A DNA stretch of 64,000 bases from Eledone cirrhosa (taxonomy: Eukaryota): assembly GCA_964016885.1 (NCBI GenBank), contig OZ024740.1, forward strand, positions 385,392,001 to 385,456,000, given 5' to 3'. A program made the translations under genes and the position numbers. The notes beneath the pieces are model-generated. The model had not been told where the DNA came from, searched no databases, and saw only the letters and a program-made list of their open reading frames with translations. Below are positions 25,081-41,289 of the stretch, piece after piece. Within the stretch, counting starts at the first letter, position 1. Each line of letters starts with the position of its first letter.

Positions 25081-27563
25081 TAGAAGTGTAATATATTCTC
25101 ATTATAGATACATGAGCAATATTCAGCGACAGCATTGTTCTTGGGGCTTCCAAAGAAACAATTGCTTATTAAAATTTACAATTATGTTTGGAACCAAATT
25201 GAACTTCAGAAATGTCATGATTATTATGACTTTAAATTTTCTTTTTCTCTTTTTATTTTGTTGTTGATGTAGACACGAGTTAGACATTGTTATTGAATGT
25301 TATTAAATTTATATGACTGCGACTTACTTATGAAATTGATGAGTATAATTAATAAATTATTGGTGTCTGAATAAAAAAGAAAACATTTTGCAGCAGAATG
25401 CAGGCATCATTAACCCTTATACCAAACCACATGAAACTACATCTGGTTCAAACAAATCCATTTGTTTTAAGGTGTTAATATTTAAATTGAAACTTTCCAT
25501 CATAAGTAATCTCTTTTATCAAAAATATGGTAATAAAAGGGATAAAAAGTGTATTTGTTACTTCGGTAGCATATTGAAGTAATTTCCCTCTAGTGGTAGT
25601 TTTTTAAGGTAATTACTGACAACATTTGTTGTTTATTTAGTGGGTAAGGTTAAGTTTAAATACATGGCTGGAGATAAACTTATTTCTCATCCACTTATCC
25701 TAAAAACAGAACCTAAGTAAATACTGGCTCCTAAAAGCATCTCACATTTATGATTCTGCTGTACAAGGCAATGAAACTGGCTGATACATCAGAGAGTTAA
25801 ATTAGATGCTTTGTAAAAATAATTTGATGTGTTACAGTTCAAAGTTCAGTTTTAGCTAGTGTTGATCAATTTATTTGTATTCCTCTTGACTAAATTAAAT
25901 ACCAGTAATTTTCTGGAATTCTATTGAACATATATTTTCTCGAATTCTATTGAACATATATTTTCTCTTAAAAATTTATGTAAACATTATTCAACAAATC
26001 TTTCCAAAAGTGAGCATGACTACAATAATACAAATTAATGACAATTTCGTTATTTTGATTACTTATTGAAACTGTTTTTTTCTCCACTGTTGACTGCTTA
26101 TGTTTCTCAGTGAGTGGTTTTCAACAGTTGGTTTCTGTTTTTTCAATAGTTAATGATATGGCCAACTATTTGATAACCAGCCAACATAATGATGACTTAG
26201 CTAAATGGTTTGTTTATCATTTTCCTTTTTACTCGTTCTGAAAAGCTGTTCTTTTTGTCAGTCTTCCATTCTAAATTTTTTTAAAAATTCTAATGAATTA
26301 TAATTCACAACTTAGGCTAGAAAGTGGGAGAAAAATAAATAATCTTTTACTCTATACTTTGGCTGTCTGAGCTTTAAAATTGACTTCTGTTCTCTATAAT
26401 CTACTGCAAGACTAAATAAGGCCTTTTCTAATAAATGAAAAAAAAAAAAAAAAAAAGAATTATAATTTTCAAAATTAAATGTAAACAGATAAACCAAAAG
26501 CAATAAACATGTTTTGACCACATTTACTTGCTACAAGTTCTTTAGTTAGTTGATAATGTAGAAAATTTTCCAATAAAGTATAAAAGCAAAATAACTTTTG
26601 AAATATTTAATGATTGGTATTTTGGTTTAAAAGACCAAAACACTATTGAATTTTAGAGTACCAAGTTCAAGACCTATCCCTCCTTCAATGGGTTAAAATG
26701 CTAAAGTTGTATCATCAGACGATTTTATAAGTATAGCTAATTAATGAGGATGAACTGGCAAATCATAAAATATTTTGATCATTAAAGCATGTTGCCACCA
26801 ATGGTCACTAAATGTGATACAGGCTTCTCAGTGCAAACTAGTATTAACATTTCTTTTTTATAATCAGCAATTTGTTCATGTCAGAGGTAATAGTGATTGA
26901 TTAGGTAAGATATTATTAAACTATTGATTCAGAGGCTGTGCGTTCAAATCTTGCTAGCAATCCTCTAGTTTTTGTAATCATTGAATGAAACTTGAGATGC
27001 TTTGAGTTCAGTTCAAAACTATTGCATGACAACATTTCAAAGCTAGTGAACAGCAACATTTTAATGTGCATGACACCAATGCAGAACCAGTGCAGCTTGC
27101 AGCTGCACTCCAATTCATTTAGAAGCAGTGTTGTTTGCTACTGACTTTGTGTCATTTTGTTTTGATAAAAAATATTATTCTGCTTGTTTGTGTGTCTGTC
27201 TATAAATAAGTGCCATTCCCATTTCTTTCGTCAGTGGTTGGCATCAGAAAAAAAATATTCTGCTATAAATAAATAAAAGCACTTACTGAACTATTTACTT
27301 CAAGCTAGTCAGAAAAATAAATATAAAACATAAAATGTAATATTTAAATTTGTTATTGTAAACATTATGCAGCAGAATGATCTGTGTAACTCTAATAGAG
27401 CCAAATAGCCATGTGGCTAAGACATTTACTTCACAACTACATACTTCCTACTGTGCATTTTCTTGAGGAAAGTGACTTTTACTATAGCCTTAACTTGATT
27501 ATTAAATCTTGTGTATAAAATTTTGTTGAGAGAAACTGTGCAGAATTGTATCATGAATGTGTG

Positions 27564-27602
<39 letters not shown>

Positions 27603-28320
27603 CTATCTATATATATATATATATTTAATGATAAGGTTCTCCAGTTTCCATTTACAGTGCATCAATATATGTGTGCGTGTGTGTGTGTATGTAAAATATG
27701 TTTCTATCAGTAGTGAACAAAAAATTGTGCATCGAATAGAAATACTTTGTGGTATTCATGTCCACAAAAAAAGCAGAGTTTTGTTTCTCATCAGATCAAT
27801 AAAATAAATACCAGGTTAAGTGCTTGGGGCTGAACTGCAATCCAGGAACTGAAACCAATAAATAAGACTATATATATTCTTTTATAGGTATTAGTTCACT
27901 GTGGTCATGCTGGTGCACTGCTTTGAGCCCTCTACATATTGTATCACCTGTACACAGCCATGCCTGTATATCTTTTGTATAAACTAGACTACCCAACATA
28001 CTTCAAGCAGTCAACTTGAAAGACAAAATAAAAACGATCTAGGTTCATTAACCAATTAGTTAGCTTCATATGAGAAACAGTGTCATCCTAATAACTTTAA
28101 GTTACATCATATGCCTTCTTGTTATTGTGGTTGCACTATGGTGCTGGTGGTAGTGGGGGGTATCCTTTAATTCACTATATGAGAAACATAGCCGAGCTAT
28201 AAAAAATATTTCCTCGAAGTAACAGTTTATTGAAACGTTCTAAATTGTATAGTTATAAAAACTATTTTAGCATGTGAAAATAATTGCAAATAAATATGCA
28301 CTTTTTCTCATTCGCATTGT

Positions 28321-30982
<2,662 letters not shown>

Positions 30983-31489
30983 AAGTAGAAAAGCATGGGT
31001 TTGTAAATAGATTGTATAGCATGTATGATTTGATACAAGTGCTGTATTTATGGATTCAAGTCATCTAAATTTTAAGAGTTTCCAGGAAATTAAATAGTGC
31101 TCATCACCTTTCTTCAAATGTTTATAATATATCCTACTTTATTCTCTTCTCCATTCCATCTATTCCAGTGTTATATAAAGTATCACAAAATGTTTACATC
31201 TCAATTTTTATAAGTCATCTGGTTTGTTTACTACAGTTTCAGAGATGATATAGAATTGATTTTTATATTGCTTACCAATAATTCCCTTTCAGCAACTTTC
31301 TTTTTTCTTTTTGAAAGCTTGGTTTGAATAATATTTGGGTTGTTGTCGTTGTTGATATTTGGTAATTTTATGTATAAATATTTTCGAGCTAATACACTTC
31401 CCATTGCAAACAATTCAACCATGAAGTAGAATTGGTGCATAGTTTAATACATTGAAGCAAGCTGGTTTATAGTAATAATAAAAATAAAA

Positions 31490-31932
31490 ACAATAATAAT
31501 AATAATAATGATTTCTAGTATAGGCACAAGGCCAGTAATTTGGGGCGGCGGGGGGAGTACGTTACTGGTACTTTATTTTATCAGCATCATAAGGATGAAA
31601 GGCAAAGTTAACCTCGTCGGGATTTGAACTCGGTCCGTAAAGGGGCGTAACTCTATGCTGCAAAGAATGGTGTCCGATTCTCTACCGATACTGCCAATCC
31701 ACTGCCCTTAATAATAATTGTTTCTACTTTTGGCACAAGGCCAGCAATTATCCCAGTGTATTACTGGTACTTTATTTTATCGACCCTGTAAGCATGAAAG
31801 GCAAAGTTAACCTTGGCAGGATTTGAACTCAGAGCGTAAAGGGACGCAACTCTTTGCTGCAAAGCATGGCGTCCGACCCTCTACCGATACTGCTAATCCA
31901 CCGCCCTTAATAATAATAATAATAATAATAAT
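31490..31932 (-). mobile_element. Two head-to-tail copies of a tRNA-derived SINE with (TTA)n tails
   Basis: Each copy reads GGGCRGTGGATTRGCAGTATCGGTAGAG...GAGTTCAAATCC (B box)...TTTGCCTTTCAT...AAAGTACCAGTAA. The same family occurs at 46026-46203 (-) and 53327-53520 (+). Confidence 0.85.
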
Positions 31933-32074
31933 ACACTTTTCACATTCACGAATCAACAAGTTAGTTCATAGTAATAAGAATGATAACATGAAGATTGATC
32001 CATGTTTTAGCTGAGATCAATTTGGAAGACCTGACCAGTTCTCAAATCAACTTGACTGAAAATGGAAATATTAA

Positions 32075-32294
32075 CACTTTAGCATTCACATTACTCTATA
32101 TATATACTATTATATTTTCATGGTAAAGGCTTTATCTCGCATAATTATCTCACATAATATCGAATCTGAGATTTTGAAATTATTTATTTTGAGAACAATA
32201 CATTAACATCAGTTTGAGCGACCAGTTACAGCCAGTTTCAACAGAAAAAGGTAGAGAATTCTGACCGGTTTTGGCCGGTTTGAACATTAAAGGG
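32075..32294. mobile_element. piggyBac-like MITE
   Basis: TTAA flanks both sides (32071-74, 32295-98). Imperfect TIRs: CACTTTAGCATTCA versus right-end reverse complement CCCTTTAATGTTCA. Confidence 0.55.
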
Positions 32295-33369
32295 TTAAGC
32301 AATCACTATTTTCATTATATTTATCAAATTATTGAAATATGTTGTATTTTTCTGTTCATTTTAATAATTTTACATCAATTTTTCACACTAGAATTTAATA
32401 TTTTTTTATAGATTTATATATTCATGTTGAAATTGTTGGAGTACATTTAGATACCCTTCATATTGTTAATCTATTTGAATGACAATATCAACTTTTTTCA
32501 ACCGAATAAGACCAAGTAAAATAATATGTATGAACACAGCATTGTGGCTGTCTTATTCATAATTTGTACCAATAGTCCAATTATACATAAAGTATGTATT
32601 TAAATGCTTTTATTTATTTGTGTTGGGACTACCCCCGTCCAAACCCATGCAAGCGTGGAACACGGACGTTAAACGTTGATGATGATGATGATGATGATGA
32701 TGTCACTACATACCCCATAACGATGCTGATGACATTTTATGGTTCACTGTGAGACATAGAAATGGCTGACTTAAGATATGGCTTACAGTTGTCAAAGCTG
32801 ATTGGAGCTGACATACACTCTCTGATGGAACCTTAACCAATGTCTGAGAAATTACATAAAACTGACATCATTTCTAGACATTCAAAGTTTATTTTTATTT
32901 GTTTGGTCTGAAGGTAGGAGTTGTACCCATAGCCTACGCAGGTTCTAGGGGGACAAAATATTTGGCTTCTAATCTGTAATTGTCTTGGGCTTCTATGTAT
33001 AAAAACATGGGAATGAAATATCTTTTTGATTGATATGTTGGTTGACAATCAAGTGCATATCATATTACTCTGGTAGAAGAGATAAGTAGAGTGAATTATT
33101 TTATCTATTGACTCTGAAATATACAAAGTCAGAAAGTCAAATCAAATCTACATTTTGGTATTTTTATTAGATTACTTATTACTAGTGAGAATCTACATAA
33201 CATATCCCCTGGTATTAACATATTGCTATATGATCATCATTTTAACATACATTTTTACATGCTGGTATGGGTTGGAAGAGACATATTTTCAGCAGTTTTA
33301 AATGGTGTCAAAATGAAGATACAGGTATACACATACAGACATTCACTTACATATATGCATATATATAAT

Positions 33370-33505
33370 ACAGGCTTCCTCACAGTTTTGTTTCTACCAA
33401 GTTCACCCACAAGACATTGGCCAGTCCAAGGATATAGAGGAATACACCTGCCGAAGCTGTCGTGCAGTGGGATTGAATAAAAAACCATATGGTTGCAAAG
33501 CAAGC
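33370..33505 (-). mobile_element. Degenerate tRNA-derived SINE (second family)
   Basis: Minus strand reads gcttgctttgcaaccatatgg...ttcaatcccactgcacgacagcttcggcaggtgtattcctctata...gaaactgtgaggaagcctgtat. Related decayed copies near 19200-19320, 27405-27555, 35400-35520 and 52985-53132. Confidence 0.6.
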
Positions 33506-33558
33506 ATTTTAGGTACCTGCTCTCTCTCTCTCTTTCTCTCTTTCTCTCTTTCTCTCTT

Positions 33559-33612
<54 letters not shown>

Positions 33613-34574
33613 CATCCTCCTCCACAGGGAATCATCATTTATATATTTATTTATTTATGTATGTATGTATAATTTATTTAAGATGGAAATAGCTTCTACA
33701 GGATTCGCACTGTTTCATTTGGTTGAAATCATCAGGTACTTTGCTGATGACTTCAACCAAATGAAACAGTGCTAGTCATGTAGAAGTCATTTCCATTTGA
33801 AATGTATTCAGTACCTTATTTAACTGTGGTCACTTTCTGTTCTTCTGCAGAAACCATTATATATATAATGTAAACTTCAGTCTAGATCTTGCAAAAGCTT
33901 GTTTTTTTTCCATATTTTCTCATTATGAATTTATTTTATTAATCTAGAAATCTTATAGTTTAAAGAAACAACAACAAAAAAATCACTGCCTGCAAACATC
34001 AAAATAGCTTTGAAATAGCAAACATCTGACATATATTAAGAATATTGTCTAATGAAGATGTTTAATTATGTTTAGATTTTTTGAAAATTTAACATCCACT
34101 TCAGATAATTTAAGTAGAGTAACAAACAATTTTAAGCTTCTCTTGCAAGTCTTTAATCTGCTACTAGAGGTAACTCTCATATTCAACTTAGTACATCATC
34201 TCTTTAAACAGTTATTCTCTGTTTTGAAAACAGCTTCAAGCAATCATTTTAAAGACAATTGTTTTGTTTCAATTGCTTTCAAACATGTTTTAAGTGCTTT
34301 AATGTTATTTGTCAATTTTTTTAGTCATCATCATTTGAGTTAGGGTTTTTTCTAGCTGATATGCAACCAACTTCTAACAACTACCATCTTTTATTCAAGG
34401 TATTTTGTGTTAACATTTCTTTATTGATTCTTCAAACAGTTTATTTTCTCAGAGTTTCTCAAGTAAAAATTTTCATAACTTTTACTTTGATTTTGATAAA
34501 CAAACCAAGCTTTGAAACTGAGCAAATTTGTTATTAATTTAATGGTCACATATATTTTTTCCTCTATATCTTGC

Positions 34575-34743
<169 letters not shown>

Positions 34744-35522
34744 GGTCTAGTGGTCATTAACTTAAATGTGAGCAAAATCACTTCCCTATTGCAGTCATTA
34801 GCCTGTATCGGATGTTAGCTTTTCTCCCATTAATTCTTAGATGACTACTGAGCACAGACTTTGTCTTCAATATTTTATGGCAAATGTTTTATGAAATTTG
34901 AACAGATGCATCATTAACAGGGGCTGCATCTTTGTGCACTTGAATAAAATGGACTTTTAGTCCAATAGCAGGTGTGTATAACTGTAAAAATGTAGAACAG
35001 TTGTGCTCAAGTGTGGTTAATGAAATTGCAAGGAAGTGACGGTTTTGTCTTAGGCTCCTGCCATGTGTTTTCTAATGCTTAACAAGATCAGCTTTGGAAA
35101 ATGTGGTTTGGTCATAGACATTGCAAGTGAAATCACCCCTAGATGCTCTATCACATGGAAGATCAATAACTCTTAGCTTTTGGGAATTGTTTCATCATCT
35201 GGTAAGTATTTCAAGTTTTCTCAAATTAATGATGATGCGAATGGATTCTCCTGCAGAGCATGACAGATGAGCAACCTGTTGAATTAGAGGAGTGAAGTGC
35301 TTGGGTATTCTATAGATGCATGCACCCGTAATGTTAGAATTAGTGAGACACTATGGGACAAGGCTGCACCGTTAAAATTACAGGCACAGTCCCTTTGTCA
35401 GACTTTCTCACAATTTCTGTCAACCCAGTTTCACTTGTAAGGCATTGTTTGATTCATTAAAGCTATGATAAAAGACACTTCTCCAACATGCTATGCACTG
35501 GGACATAACCTGGGTTCTCATA

Positions 35523-35598
<76 letters not shown>

Positions 35599-35607
35599 GA
35601 GAGAGAG

Positions 35608-35952
35608 AGGCATATGGCTTAGTGGTTAGAGCATTGGCCTTGCAATCGAAAGGTTGTGAGTTCAATTCTCAGACCAGGTGATGTGTTGTTTCCTTGACCA
35701 AGACACTTTATTTCACATTGCTCCAGTTGACTCAGCTGTAGAAATGAGATGATAGGGACAGGGGTCCATATCATTCCACTGCAAAGTGGTCGTGGAGGTG
35801 CCATGCAAAAAAGCACCCAGCACTCACTGTAAATGAGGTTGGTGTTAGGAAGGGCATCCAGCTGTAGAAATCAAGCCAGATTCAGTTCCCGTCCCACCCT
35901 TGCAAGCAGGGCAAAGCGGACGTAAAATGATGATGATGATGATGATGATGAT
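35608..35952 (+). mobile_element. tRNA-derived SINE with central conserved domain and RTE-derived 3' tail
   Basis: A box TGGCTTAGTGG, B box GAGTTCAATTC, central ccttgaccaagacactttatttcacattgctccag domain, then sequence nearly identical to the RTE 3'UTR and a (GAT)n tail. Confidence 0.8.
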
Positions 35953-35994
<42 letters not shown>

Positions 35995-36114
35995 AGGTAT
36001 ATCCAGCCTTCTGCCTTCCATCATTCGTCTAATCTGTGCCAGCGTGGAAAAATGGACATTAAATGGTCATGATGTATAAATCAAAGTCAAATAATTACGC
36101 CAGAGAACAACACA

Positions 36115-36745
36115 CTACTTCCATTCTTCTTTGCCCACTTATTCCTGAGAGGGTCATGGAGGCAGAGTCCTCAAACACTCCTTCCAGTGGGTTGTGACAG
36201 AAGCAACCATCTCCAACTGATCCATCTGGATCGCCAAGCGAGATCAGCCAAGCTCAATGATGTTATCCAACCATCTTGCTTGGTTCTCCTGCCGGTTTGT
36301 TTTGCCTGTAAATTCTGTCCAGTGATTCTTTCTTCAAGCATTCTAACCCATAGAATCAGAGCTGTGATCTCTCAATTTTGAGAAGTAACAGCTCTATCTA
36401 AAGTGACTCGGGTCTCCAAGCTGCACACTCTATTGAGTAATGTTACTCCAAAGACCCTTCAGAGGACCCCATTTTGGTCACTTGTATTCGCAATCATATT
36501 CTTTTGGTCATTACCCAAGATTCATGACCATAGGTAAGGGTTGGCACGGATACTGAATTGAAATTAGTGAGTTTGGCTTTCACACCTTCATCCCTTCTTC
36601 TGATGACTGAATGCTGAAGCTGACACATTACTGCACCAGCTCCTGCAATTCTTGCACTTAATTCAGCCTCCTACCTTCCATCACTCGTGAACAGGACCCT
36701 GAGATACTTCAACTTCTCTACCTTCAATGGAACTCCATTTACAAT
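36115..36745 (-). mobile_element. Expander/RTE-1-like LINE 3' fragment
   Basis: Minus strand reads EKLKYLRVLFTSDGR...ARIAGAGAVM...PTLTYGHESWVMTKR, then the same 3' end as 745-935. Confidence 0.75.
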
Positions 36746-37024
36746 AACAGTGTATTAGGATAACACTTAAAAAGAAGCAATACAAATGTCAAATGTTTGG
36801 ATACTCATCCTTCATCAGGAAAGAAAGCACAGAAAGAAGAGAGGATTTTTTAGGGGAGGGGGAAAAGGAAATACAATATATATATTCTTTTAAATTGAAT
36901 AGAAAGAAATGAAGTTCCTGTGGTCAAATGACAGCCATCTTATACATATATATATATAAATATATATATTCTATCATTATCATCATTATCTTTTTTACGT
37001 CTGCTGCTTGCACACACACACACA

Positions 37025-40000
37025 CATCATCATCATCATCAGGTTTAGCGTCCGTGTTCCACACTTCCATAGGTTTGGACGGGGGTTTTCCCACTTGAGG
37101 CAAGAGTGGTTGTCTTGCTCGCATAGGACTGTCTGGCGGGTTTTCTACAGCTGGATGCCCTTCCTAACACCAACCACATTTACAGTGTGGGGCTGGGAGG
37201 TTTTTACCGTGTTGCTTACACGGCCACATTACAGCGTGGACTGTCTGGCGGGTTTTCTACAGCTGGATGCCCTTCCTAACACCAACCACATTTACAGTGT
37301 GGGGCTGGGAGGTTTTTAGCATGTTGCCTACACGGCCACATTTACAGCGTGGACTGTGTGTTTTTTTGTCGTGACACCTACACGATCTCATTTGTTTCGG
37401 CCTGGATGTTGTGGGACCAACATAACTTTACATTGAAAGGGGCGGTGTGGATGGGGTGGAGGTGGTGGGACGGGGGTGTGTTTTGATAGAGATGCCTACT
37501 GGCAAGGCGGGTCTTCTCTGTTACTGAGTACCGCCAAAGGTCTCGGTCCAGTGACATTGTCTTGGAGAGGTGTAAGCGTGTGAGGTCAGAATTTATCATG
37601 TCACTCCAGGTTTTTCTGGGTCTGCCTACTCCGTGGCTACCGTCTATCTTTATTGCCCTGCACTTTGTTATACAGCTGTCGTCTTTCATGTGCATCACGT
37701 GACCGTACCAACGTAGCCTTCTCTCGAGTAAACAACATCTGATCCCTCTTATTTCTAATTTTTTCCTTAGTTCGTTTATGCTTAGCCATTCACGTATATT
37801 ACTATTGCACATCCAGCGGAGCATGCAAGCTTCGTTCCTCTCTAGTCTGCGTATATCCTCTGCACACAATGCCCAGGTCTCACTGCCATGCAGCATTGCT
37901 GTTCGTATGCAGGCATTGTATAACCTGCCTTTCATTTTTAGGGAGAACCCTCTAGCGGCTAATAGTGGTATAAGCTCTCTGAACTTTTTCCATCCAGTTC
38001 TGACTCTAGCTACTGTACTTTCAGAGCACCCTCCCCCACTGCTGATTTTGTCACCCAGGTAACGGAAGCTGTCCACTATTTCTATAGAACCCTCTGCGCA
38101 ATTGAAAGAGCTAGTATTTTGTGGGCACTTGCTGCTACTTATTGCACCAGAGCACCGGCCACATTTAAAATCTATGTTCTTAGTTAGCTTACCTGTGATC
38201 CCACTACATCTTTTATGCATCCATACTTTGCATTGGGGAAATAAAATGGAGTTTCTACCTACGCCTTTCCTACACACTGAGCATGGCCATTTCCAGGAAG
38301 GGACCGCCGCCTTATTTTCTTTCCTACAAACTAGAACTTTAGTCTGAGCCAGGTTAATTTTAAGGCCTTTTGATTCTAGGCCGTGCTTCCATGTTTGGAA
38401 TTTCTTCTCTAGTTCGGTCATTGATTCAGCTATGAGCGTTAGATCATCTGCGTATAGGAGTTCCCATGGGCAGCCGGTCTTGAACTCCTCTGTTATAGCC
38501 TGAAGGGCAATAATAAATAGTAGGGGGCTAAGAACAGAGCCCTGATGGACACCAACTTTTACGCTAAACTCTTCACTATATTCGTTGTTAATTCTAACCT
38601 TGCTGACTGTTTCTTTATATATGGCTTGTATAGCTCTCACAAGCCATTCGTCAACACCTAGTTTTCTAAGAGCCCACCAGATAATGGAACGGGGGACTCT
38701 GTCGAAGGCTTTCTCCAAGTCAACAAAAGCTAAGTATAGGGGTTTACTTTTAGCTAGGTACTTCTCCTGTAGTTGTCGTACAATGAAAAGAGCGTCTGTG
38801 GTACTTTTGCCTGACACAAACCTGAACTGCATTTCATCTAGATCAATTCTCTCTCTGATTAGTTGCGCTATTACTTTTTCCGTGACCTTCATGACCTGGT
38901 CGATTAATTTAATGCCTCTATAGTTACACCTATCTAGGGCATCTCCTTTACCCTTGTAACAGTTAATGATGATGCTGCTATGCCAGTCCTTCGGAACAAC
39001 CCCATTCTGTATGACTTAGTTTACTATCCGGGTGACCATGGTGTGTCCCACCGTTCCAGAGGCTTTCAGCATCTCAGCAACTATTTCCGAAGGCCCAGCT
39101 GCCTTACCCGTCTTCATATCTTTGATTGCCTTACTTATTATACTACCTTCGACTAACACTGCTGGTCCCTCTATTGGGTCGATGTGGGGGAGACTGTCTT
39201 TCTCCCATTTGTTCTCCTCATTTAGAAGCCTTTTGTAGTGACACTTCCAAGCTACCTTCTTATCAGCGTCAGTGATGGCAAGTATGCCATCATCATTAAG
39301 TACACACTTCTCCCCGACAATGTCACGGTTTTCCTTGACACATTGCCTAGCAATCCTGAACACCTCACGTTTTTGGTCCTCGCTTGAACTTTCTTTCCTC
39401 TGCTTCCCTTCTTGCAAAGTACACTTGTCTCCTAGCTTCCCTCCTGGCCACTTGATAGTCTTCTCTACTTCCCCCATCCCGCCATACTTTCCAAGCCTGC
39501 TTTTTGGCCTTAATTGACTCCTCCACCTTACTGTTCCACCACCATGTTACTCTCCTCCTACCTACAGGCCTGCTCCAGCCACAGACTTCGTCTGCCGCCG
39601 TCAGCAGGTTTGCTTTCAGGAATTCCCACTGTTCCTCTATATTATACGACTCTAATTGCTCTTCCTTACTGTCGAAAGCAGCAAGTAATATGCTTTGAAA
39701 TTTATTTCTGGCTATGGGGTCCTTTAGCTTCCATATTTTTCTCCTGAGGATAGTCCCCTTCCGCTGTCTAGTACGTCTCGTCCTGACTATGAGGTCGCTA
39801 ATTATCAGTCTATGTTGGGAGGTGCATTCTTCATGGGGGAGGGATTTAGTGTTAACAACAGACACTCTGTCACGTCTTCTGGTAAGGATATAATCTACCT
39901 GGCTTGTGTGTTCCCCCGATCTATAGGTGATCAAGTGATTGTCTCGTTTTTTGAAGTTAGTGTTACAGATAGTTAAGTTACTTGCGTCGCAGAATTCCAG

Positions 40001-41220
40001 GATTCTGGAGCCTTCCTCATTTCTAGTACCGAACCCATAGCCTCCATGGATTCCGTCATAGCCGTCACAATGTTGTCCAACGTGACCATTTAGGTCGCCT
40101 GCAATAATTATATAGTCACTGTCGGTTATTTGGGAGGTAGTGAGCATCAGTGACTCATAGAATCTGTCTTTTATAGCGCCGGGCAGTCCGGATTGGGGTG
40201 CGTATGCAGATATTACTGTCACCGTAGTTTTATTGAGGACAAGTCTGATTTTAATTATTCTGTCGTTCACTCTATTTACGTCTATTATCTTATCTGCCCA
40301 CTTTTCTGCTACCATGATTCCTACCCCACCCAGCCCATTGTCATTTCCCACCCAGAAAAGCTTATAGCATCGTTCTTTACCCACGATGATTCTAGCAGAC
40401 CCTCCCCTCCACCTGGTCTCTTGAATACAACAAACATCGACCTCCTTACGTTCAAGCATTTCTACAACCTTGTTAGAGCGACCCTTTAAGGTGCCTACAT
40501 TCATGGTACCAACTCTGAAGTTTTGGATTGCGTTTGGAGGGTGGGAGCGGGGGGGGGGCGTTATGTTAGACATCCTCGGCCGAAACAAGGAGGAGTGCTT
40601 GCATTCTCGTCCACGAGGTGAATTTGTCTTTATCTTTGGCATTGTCGCTGAGCGTCCAGATTTTTCTCTCTTCAACTCTCCAGAATTCCGTAGTCCATCC
40701 ATCATATCGAAAAGCAACCAGTTAAGCGATAGTATGGGCCTCTGACTTATGATTGGTCCACGTAATAATGGTGGTGCGTGGGGGCGGGAGGGAGGAATGT
40801 TGGGTAGTTAGCGAGAATGTAAGGTTTAAGATAAGATCCCCGTATTTTGGGCATAATTTAACAATAAACGAAAATACAAGATTTGTTTTGTTTAAGAAAA
40901 TACGATAGAGAAAATGCGGTGATAGGGAAAATATGATTTTAGAGAAAAAATATGATATATAATGGTGAAAATATGATATAGTGTGAAAATATTACATAGT
41001 ATGGTGATTGAATGAATGACTAATGGATTAGAATGGAGAGAAGAATCGAGAAAAATATTTGAACGTTACTTTATACCGAGGGAACAGCCATCCCAGAATA
41101 GCGAGTTGGCGATTTTGATTAATTTTGGTAGGGTTTATCTTATATGTATAGAGAGGGAGGGAGGGGGGGGGCAGGAACCAGCATGATGTATGGGTAGGGG
41201 GTAGAAGATGGGATGGAGCA
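37025..41220 (-). mobile_element. Near-full-length RTE-clade LINE (5' boundary approximate)
   Basis: Single APE-RT ORF in three pieces, a 3'UTR and a (GAT)n tail at 37025-37040. Confidence 0.92.
37378..40705 (-). pseudogene. RTE APE-RT ORF with one frameshift (~39385) and one in-frame stop (TAA 39018-39016)
   Basis: APE motifs TMNVGTL, CIQETRW, SAYAPQ, GDLNGH, VDYIL, SQHR. RT motifs KAAGP, YRGIKL, DLEKAFDRV, QGSVLSPLLF, YADD, YLG. The stop corresponds to Q in IVNQVI of the 9942 copy. Confidence 0.9.
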
Positions 41221-41289
41221 GAGAATGTATGTATGTATGTATATATGTATAATGTGTGTGTGTGTGTGTGTATATATATACACACACAC

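Noticed and set aside
25916-25967. Short tandem duplications (also 48553-48600 and 51044-51103)
   Set aside because: Ordinary slippage products with no further structure.
35608-35680. tRNA gene
   Set aside because: A/B boxes are present but there is no complete cloverleaf; it is a SINE head.
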